NCBI GenBank assembly: GCA_965205265.1
Contig: CBDBGH010000003.1
Location: 5,088,001-5,152,000 of the forward strand
Reading direction: 5' to 3'
Source: Alphaproteobacteria bacterium
GTDB taxonomy: Bacteria > Pseudomonadota > Alphaproteobacteria > Bin95
Length of the DNA stretch: 64,000 nucleotides
Shown: positions 55,838 through 64,000 of the stretch, in pieces
Numbering within the stretch: the stretch's first letter is position 1
Layout of the letters: every line of letters begins with the position of its first letter
Notes under the pieces: model-generated
The model's database searches: none
What the model saw: the letters and a program-made list of their open reading frames with translations, nothing else
What the model was told of the DNA's origin: nothing
Program-made: the position numbers and the translations under genes

Positions 55838-57097
55838 ATGGCGCCCACATCAGGAATACCGACAGTTGAAGATATCCTCTGTCTGCCCCCGGAGCGTGAG
55901 GATCTTGCCTCAAGGGGCTGGACTGCGCTGCACCTGGCGGCCCGGCTGGGTATGGAGGAAGAGGTCGAGGCGCTCATGCGAATGAATGAACTCGTTCCCG
56001 AAGATCAGCCAATGCCGTTCCATCCTCCCGAGGTCGATGCGCGCAATGACGAGGAAAGGACGCCCCTGCATCTCGCCGCTCTCGCAGGCGCGGAGTTCGC
56101 CGCACGGACGCTCGTGGATTGCGGGGCCTCCGTCGACGGCCGCGACCTGCACGGGCGGACGCCCCTTCACCTGGCGGCGCTGAGCGACGGGAACGACCCG
56201 GAAAGTGTGGTCAAGGCGCTCATGGCAGCGGGCGCGGACCCGGAGGCCCGCGATGCCGGCGGCCGCACTCCGCTCCACCTGGCGGCCGCCGCGGGCAAGC
56301 CGGAAAACCTGAGTGCCCTCCGGTCGATCCTGCCGGGACCGGAGCCCATTGCCGAAGCGCGGGACAATGACGGCCGCACGCCGCTGCACCTTGCGGCGGC
56401 AGTGGGCAGCCCGGCCTGTATCGAGGGCCTCCTTGCCGCCGGGGCCGGCATCGACGCCCGGGACGACGATGACGGACATACGCCGCTGCACCTGGCGGCG
56501 CTCTGCGGGGACGCCGAGTGCGTCGGTCTTCTGCTGGAGACAGGGGCCGATATCCATGCCGATACGGAGCATGGCTGGACCGCCGCGCATTTTGCGGTCG
56601 TGAGCGACAGCTACGCCTGCCTGCAGCTGCTGCTCAACAGGAGGGCCAACCCGAATTCAGCGGCGCGGGACGGATGGACGCCGCTCCATCATGCTGCCCT
56701 GCAAGGCAACGCAGACATGGTGCATCCGCTGGTCGACGCCGGCGCCCGTCCGGACATGCCCGAGAACGACGAGGGCGCAACCGCATTGCATGTCGCCGCA
56801 AGGGCCGGGTACGAGGCTGCTGTGGCGGCCCTGATCGAACGGGGCGCGGCCCCGGATGTGCGCGACGGGCATGAGCGCACGCCGCTGCACTATGCGGCGC
56901 ATCGCGGTGTTCCATCCGGAACCCTCGAGGCGCTGCTTGCCGCCGGGGCCGACCGCAACGCCAGGGACTGCGAGGGGATGACCCCTCTCGAGCTTCTGGA
57001 AATGGACGGCGGTCGCGGCGACAGCCCAGACAAGGAACGCATCGCGGAGATCTTGCGACGCGTGTCCGGCCATGCGGACGCCGGGATGTCGATGTAG
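55838..57097 (+). CDS. Ankyrin-repeat protein
   Basis: About 11 ankyrin repeats. Confidence 0.93.
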   Translation: MAPTSGIPTVEDILCLPPEREDLASRGWTALHLAARLGMEEEVEALMRMNELVPEDQPMPFHPPEVDARNDEERTPLHLAALAGAEFAARTLVDCGASVDGRDLHGRTPLHLAALSDGNDPESVVKALMAAGADPEARDAGGRTPLHLAAAAGKPENLSALRSILPGPEPIAEARDNDGRTPLHLAAAVGSPACIEGLLAAGAGIDARDDDDGHTPLHLAALCGDAECVGLLLETGADIHADTEHGWTAAHFAVVSDSYACLQLLLNRRANPNSAARDGWTPLHHAALQGNADMVHPLVDAGARPDMPENDEGATALHVAARAGYEAAVAALIERGAAPDVRDGHERTPLHYAAHRGVPSGTLEALLAAGADRNARDCEGMTPLELLEMDGGRGDSPDKERIAEILRRVSGHADAGMSM

Positions 57098-57194
57098 AGC
57101 AGTCGTTTCGGCGGCCCTGGAAGGAAAGGGCCGCGATGCGGATGTAACAGGCGCCGCCTGCTACCCGGGAGGCATTTCGGAAGGAGACCCCTGC

Positions 57195-57635
57195 ATGCCG
57201 GCACCCATCGACGACCTGAAATACCGGTCCGGCGTGAATGTTGTCGATATCGGCGACCTCCGTGTCTCGCGCGGCAGGACCCGGCGGCCCGCTTCCGTCT
57301 GCACGCATCGCCGGATGGCCTACGATCCGCAGGAACGGCGGATATGGTGCAAGGACTGCGAACAGGAGGTCGAGTCCTTCGATGCGTTTGTCCTGCTTGT
57401 CGAGGAGTACGACAGCGCCGCGAAGCGCTTGGAGGCCCGGCTCGAGCGCGTCGAGGCGGCCGAGACGTTCACGGCGAGGGGGCTGGCGGCCCGGGAAATG
57501 GACAAGGCGTGGCGAAGCCGGACAATGGTTCCGGCCTGCCCTCACTGCAACCACGGGCTGTTTCCCGAGGATTTCAGGAACGGCCCCGCCATGGTGGGCA
57601 AGGACTATGCCCTTGCGCGGCGGCGCCGACGCTAG
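57195..57635 (+). CDS. Phage-type hypothetical protein, putative Zn-binding
   Basis: CTH...YD..ERRIWCKDC...CPHC; RBS AAGGAG. Confidence 0.8.
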   Translation: MPAPIDDLKYRSGVNVVDIGDLRVSRGRTRRPASVCTHRRMAYDPQERRIWCKDCEQEVESFDAFVLLVEEYDSAAKRLEARLERVEAAETFTARGLAAREMDKAWRSRTMVPACPHCNHGLFPEDFRNGPAMVGKDYALARRRRR

Positions 57636-57656
57636 ACGCCGGGCGCACCGGGGGCC

Positions 57657-57959
57657 TCAGGCGTCTCTGGCGGCCTCGCCTTCATAGAGGCTCTTGACCG
57701 CGAGCATCACCGCCTCCTCCGTGCGGTCGACCGCCCGTCCGCAGAGATGCGGTTCGCGCACGGGCGTCTGTCCCAGCGCCTCGATGAGTGCGGCCCCGAG
57801 AAGGCGCAGCCGGAGTTTCGGGTCTGGTTCGGCATGCGGCGCCCGGGCCGCGGCTCCCAGGCAGCGGCGCATGCCTTCGAACCCGTCCGTAAAGCTGACG
57901 GTCATGCGGCGCTCGCCGCAGGTTTCGTCCGTGTGGACGATCATGACGGATATCGGCAT
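57657..57959 (-). CDS. Hypothetical protein
   Basis: 100-aa ORF, divergent from the 58022 promoter. Confidence 0.5.
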   Translation of the reverse strand: MPISVMIVHTDETCGERRMTVSFTDGFEGMRRCLGAAARAPHAEPDPKLRLRLLGAALIEALGQTPVREPHLCGRAVDRTEEAVMLAVKSLYEGEAARDA

Positions 57960-58021
57960 TGGCTGCTTGCCCCTTCAGGACAGCTACGGGACACGGACAG
58001 AATGTCAGCCCGTGCCGAGGC

Positions 58022-58051
58022 TTGACAATATAGGGCCAACGGTCCTATAAT
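58022..58051 (+). promoter_or_regulatory. Consensus promoter TTGACA-N18-TATAAT with an internal palindrome
   Basis: TATAGGGCC-AAC-GGTCCTATA lies in the spacer and overlaps the -10. Confidence 0.7.
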
Positions 58052-58224
58052 AGGCGAAACCGGCCAAAGGTGCAAGACAGCACCGGAGACTCCCTTTCCC
58101 ACAGTCGGCGCGTCCGGGAATCCCGGCCTCCGGGAACCTTGTAACGGGACGCTCGCGCTGCTTGGTGATGGCAAGGAGACAATGCATGCCGATGAGCCAC
58201 AGGAACCGGAATCGGCGGGCGAAG

Positions 58225-58626
58225 ATGCGCTATCGTGTCCAGATGAACCGGGAACGCGGCGCGACAACGCCCGAGCTGGGGCGGATCAGCGGATACGGCC
58301 CCGCGTCCTGTTACCGCCAGCTGAACGACATGGAGACATTCGAAGGGGGTCTTGTATCCCGCCTGGAGTTGCGCGACGGGCGCAAGGTCAGGGTCTGGTA
58401 CGACCCCGACCATATTCCCGTCCTGCCGGGTGAGGCCGCGGTGGTGGCCCTCACGAGTGCGGGGGACCGGCTGCCGGCGGCCCGCTTCTTCGCCTATGAG
58501 CCGGCGATCGCATATGTGCGCAAGCAGTGCCGGGCGAACCATGCGCGTATCGGCGGCTACGAGATCTTCGAGGCAGCCGACGGTGTGCCATGGCCCGGAC
58601 GAAACGTTCGGGGCTTACAAAGGTAA
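58225..58626 (+). pseudogene. Hypothetical gene interrupted by the tnpB element
   Basis: ...WPGRNV continues in frame as LTVRLDPADGSWLDGGPYA* (to 60013) once the element is removed. Confidence 0.7.
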
Positions 58627-59946
58627 GTTGACATTGCCGTGTATCGTATCCAGTTCGGCCGCATGAGCGAGGTCTTCACGCACCGTCAGGTGGTATTCCG
58701 GCTTCTGCCGGGCCGCCGGTCCGTTTGGCGGCGTCTGGAGCGGGTTCTGGAGGCGCAGCGGCAGTTGTACAACGCCGCCCTTCAGGAACGCTGCGACGCC
58801 TGGCGTCTGGCCGGGCGGTCGCTCTCCTATATCGACCAGGCGAAGAGCCTGACGGTGTGCCGCCGGGAGGACCCCGAGATGGCGGCCGTTCCGGTCGCCG
58901 TGCAGCGCGGGACGCTGAAGCGCCTGGACGAGGCGATGAAGGGCTTCTTCCGGCGGGTGAAGGCGGGCCAGAAGCCGGGTTTTCCCCGGTTCCGGTCCCG
59001 CCGGCGGTTCGACAGCCTCTCCTTCGTCTCGGGGGTGAGGCTGGAGGACCGGGCCCGGCCCGGCGCGGACTGCGGGTCCGGCGCGGCCTGCCTGCGCCTT
59101 CCGGGTTTCGGCCCGCTTGCGGTCCGCCGGCGGGGCGGCAACCCGCATGGGGATGGCGAGCCGGTCTCGGCGGTGCTGAAGCGCGAGGCCGGCAAGTGGT
59201 ACGCCGTGGTCTGCTACCGGGTCCCGGCGCCGGCGGTCCACGAGGATGACGACAGCGTCATCGGGGTGGACATGAACGCTGGCCAGGTGGCGGCGAGCGG
59301 TCCGGGGCCGGAAGCCCGCCTGTTCCATGCCCCGGATACGCGGCGGCTGGAGGCGAGGGCGAAGCGCCTTGCCCGGCGTCTGGCGCGCCAGAAGCGCGGC
59401 TCCGGGCGCCGGGAGCGCACCCGCGCCCGTCTGGCGAAGACGAGGCGGCGCCTTTCCGGGATGCGGTGCGACTGGCGCCACCATGTCTCGCGGACAGTCG
59501 CCGACGCCGCCCATACCGTCGCCGTCGAGGACCTCCGGGTCCGGAACATGACGCGCAGCGCCCGGGGCACGACAGAGGAGCCGGGCGCCCGGGTCCGGCA
59601 GAAGGCCGGGCTCAACCGCGTCATCCTGGCCACGGGATGGGCGGAACTGCGCTTCATGTTCGGCTACAAGGCGGGACGGCTGCTCGCGGTCGACCCGGCC
59701 CATACCAGCCGGACCTGCGCCGCCTGCGGCCATGTCGATGCCGGCTCGCGGCGTTCGCGGGCCGAATTCCAGTGCACGGCCTGCGGCCATGCGGACCATG
59801 CCGACGCGAATGCCGGCAGCAACATCCGGCGTCGGGGACTGGCGCTGCTGCACGGGGAGGGGCGTTCCGGCTTGCGGACCCCTGCGATCCGTGAAAACGC
59901 AGGGATGCTGGCGGCATGACGCCGTCAACTCATCTTTGTAAGGCCC
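58610..59946 (+). mobile_element. Non-autonomous TIR element carrying only tnpB
   Basis: 23-bp TIRs (20/23 identical); 8-bp TSD AAACGTTC at 58602-58609 and 59947-59954. Confidence 0.85.
58663..59919 (+). CDS. tnpB: TnpB RNA-guided endonuclease
   Basis: RQLYNAALQER, GFPRFRS, IGVD, VEDL, TSRTCAACG..CTACG, ADANA. Confidence 0.95.
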   Translation: MSEVFTHRQVVFRLLPGRRSVWRRLERVLEAQRQLYNAALQERCDAWRLAGRSLSYIDQAKSLTVCRREDPEMAAVPVAVQRGTLKRLDEAMKGFFRRVKAGQKPGFPRFRSRRRFDSLSFVSGVRLEDRARPGADCGSGAACLRLPGFGPLAVRRRGGNPHGDGEPVSAVLKREAGKWYAVVCYRVPAPAVHEDDDSVIGVDMNAGQVAASGPGPEARLFHAPDTRRLEARAKRLARRLARQKRGSGRRERTRARLAKTRRRLSGMRCDWRHHVSRTVADAAHTVAVEDLRVRNMTRSARGTTEEPGARVRQKAGLNRVILATGWAELRFMFGYKAGRLLAVDPAHTSRTCAACGHVDAGSRRSRAEFQCTACGHADHADANAGSNIRRRGLALLHGEGRSGLRTPAIRENAGMLAA

Positions 59947-60043
59947 AAACGTTCTGACGGTCCGGCTCGACCCGGCGGACGGCAGCTGGCTGGATGGGGG
60001 ACCCTATGCCTGACCGCGAGCGGCAGACCGGGAGGACGGGACG

Positions 60044-60265
60044 ATGATCCGTCAGGCGGACCTGCAACTGAAGGAACGCTGGCTCGCCCGCTTCGGCCGG
60101 CTGCCGCCCGAGGCGCGGACCGCCCTGCGCGACTGTCTGCTCGAACTGCGCGCGGATGCGCTGGGACGGGCCGAGCACTCCTGGCGAAACCACAAGGCGC
60201 CGATGGCGGCGTACTGGAAGGTCGTCGGGGTCTATGCCGGACATCTGGCGCGGGCGCTGCGGTAA
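60044..60265 (+). CDS. Small hypothetical protein
   Basis: SWRNHKAPMAAYWKVVGVYAGHLARAL; RBS GGAGG. Confidence 0.7.
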   Translation: MIRQADLQLKERWLARFGRLPPEARTALRDCLLELRADALGRAEHSWRNHKAPMAAYWKVVGVYAGHLARALR

Positions 60266-60314
60266 GGCCCCGCAGGGATCGGCAAGCAACCAGGACGAAC
60301 AGGGAGACAAGGCC

Positions 60315-60776
60315 ATGCCACTGCCGGAGAAACGCTTCTTCGTGAGGAAGTCGGTTCCGCTCTCGGAAATCGATCTCGAGAACCGCCGGGCGGCCGCCAC
60401 CGGCAGTCCGCGATATGCCGCGGCGGCGTCAGGGGCCGACTTCAACGGTCACTGCCTCGAGATCCGCTTCAACCCGCACAAAAGCCACTGGTCGGCCCAC
60501 TACTACTGGGGAGAGTTCGTCTGGCTTGCCCATGGCACGCTGGAGCGTTGCCTCGCGGTATGCACGCGGCGCTGCGACGAGACCGACCAGCGCGGCACCT
60601 GCATCGTCGTGGACATCGAGGACGGCGGGAACGCCCCCGAGAGCGTCGAGGTCCAGGTGGAACTCTGCCGGTCCGCCGGTCTGGAGGAGGTCTGCGGCAG
60701 CGGGAAGGATGCCGTGGACTTCGCCTATAGCCGGGGCGCGTACGAACCCGAAACGGCGGGCGGCCCGGAGCTGTGA
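60315..60776 (+). CDS. Hypothetical protein, paralog A
   Basis: SVPLSEIDLENRRAAATGSPRYA...ADFNGH...W.A.YYWG. Confidence 0.75.
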   Translation: MPLPEKRFFVRKSVPLSEIDLENRRAAATGSPRYAAAASGADFNGHCLEIRFNPHKSHWSAHYYWGEFVWLAHGTLERCLAVCTRRCDETDQRGTCIVVDIEDGGNAPESVEVQVELCRSAGLEEVCGSGKDAVDFAYSRGAYEPETAGGPEL

Positions 60777-60786
60777 GAGCCGGGCC

Positions 60787-61233
60787 ATGACAGCCCGGCG
60801 ATTCGTGAAGAGATCGGTTCCGCTTACCGAGACCGACCGCATCAACCGCCGCGCGGCGGCGCAGGGCAGCCTGCGTTACGCCGCGCTCGCCGAGCATGCG
60901 GACTACAATGGCCACGCGGTGTCGCTGACGTGGAACACCTTCCGGAAATACTGGGTCGGCGAATACTACCGCGCCGGCCGCCGGGTGATCGCACGGGGCG
61001 CGTTCGGCCATTGCCTGGATGCGTGCATGGACCACTACAACCGCGGCCAGCGCGGAACGGTGATCGTGGCGGCGCTCCGGAATGACGGCGAGCCGCCGGA
61101 AACGGTCGAGGAGCAGGAGCGCCTCTGCCTCGCGGCCGGACTCGAGGAATGTCCGCCGGACATCAATCCGTACGAGTTCGCCGACAGCACCGTGCCCAGG
61201 GACCTGAGTGCGCCCGTGCTTCAGCGGCCATGA
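60787..61233 (+). CDS. Hypothetical protein, paralog B
   Basis: SVPLTETDRINRRAAAQGSLRYA...ADYNGH...WVGEYYRAG. Confidence 0.75.
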   Translation: MTARRFVKRSVPLTETDRINRRAAAQGSLRYAALAEHADYNGHAVSLTWNTFRKYWVGEYYRAGRRVIARGAFGHCLDACMDHYNRGQRGTVIVAALRNDGEPPETVEEQERLCLAAGLEECPPDINPYEFADSTVPRDLSAPVLQRP

Positions 61234-61457
61234 CGCCTGAGGAACTCCGGAACGCCCGCATCCACCTCGGCCTCTCGCAGGCAGGCCTCGCGGCCGCCCT
61301 TGGCGTGGCCGGGGGCAGCCGCACGGTCGGGCGATGGGAGCGCGGCGAGCGCGCCGTTCCCGGCGTCGTCGGCGTCGCCATGGCTCTCATGCTGGAGCGT
61401 CAGCCCGAACCGGCGGAGCCCCCCAGGCGGGGCCCGCGAAAGCGCGACGGGAGCTGA
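61230..61457 (+). CDS. XRE-family HTH regulator
   Basis: MTPEELRNARIHLGLSQAGLAAALGV...RTVGRWERGER. Confidence 0.88.
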   Translation: MTPEELRNARIHLGLSQAGLAAALGVAGGSRTVGRWERGERAVPGVVGVAMALMLERQPEPAEPPRRGPRKRDGS

Positions 61458-61706
61458 AAGACCGGCCCGGCCCCTTCGGTTCCCGCCACTCCCTGTAACC
61501 TGGGCTCAACGTGCAGGGAGTGCCTGCGGCGCGACAATCAGCTTGAGACGCTGGCGACAATCAGGATGAGACGGGGGAAGGCGGCGGCCCGGAACGGAGG
61601 GAGGGCGTAGCCCGACCGGAGTTCCGGGCCGCCGCCTCAAAAAATTTTTCCTGGACCTTCTGGCGGGGTCGGTCGGCTGGGCGAACGGTGACGTTTTTCC
61701 GAGTAG

Positions 61707-64000
<2,294 letters not shown>

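Noticed and set aside
58663-59919. TnpB as a Cas12-like effector for the 49138 mini-array
   Set aside because: It lies about 9.4 kb away inside its own inserted element, with no adjacent repeat; nothing links the two

Overview
A GC-rich accessory region, most likely part of a large alphaproteobacterial mobile element (megaplasmid, phage or ICE). Main contents: (1) operons of small phage-type hypothetical genes, including tandem paralog families; (2) a tRNA array of 28 canonical tRNA genes covering all 20 amino acids plus one aberrant tRNA-like gene, followed by a candidate ~400-nt structured ncRNA; (3) a lone parE, recQ, a T4 Rnl1-like RNA ligase, four ankyrin-repeat genes and many toxin-less antitoxin genes; (4) a type II-C CRISPR-Cas9 locus (tracrRNA, cas9, cas1, cas2, 11 spacers) whose cas9 tail is cut off by an ISKra4-type element, plus a separate orphan mini-array with a different repeat; (5) insertion sequences: two IS21-family, one IS1634-family with a ~205-bp target duplication, two ISKra4-type; (6) a tnpB-only element bounded by 23-bp terminal inverted repeats and an 8-bp target duplication. 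A two-box motif recurs upstream of several operons. All calls were made by eye, without database searches.
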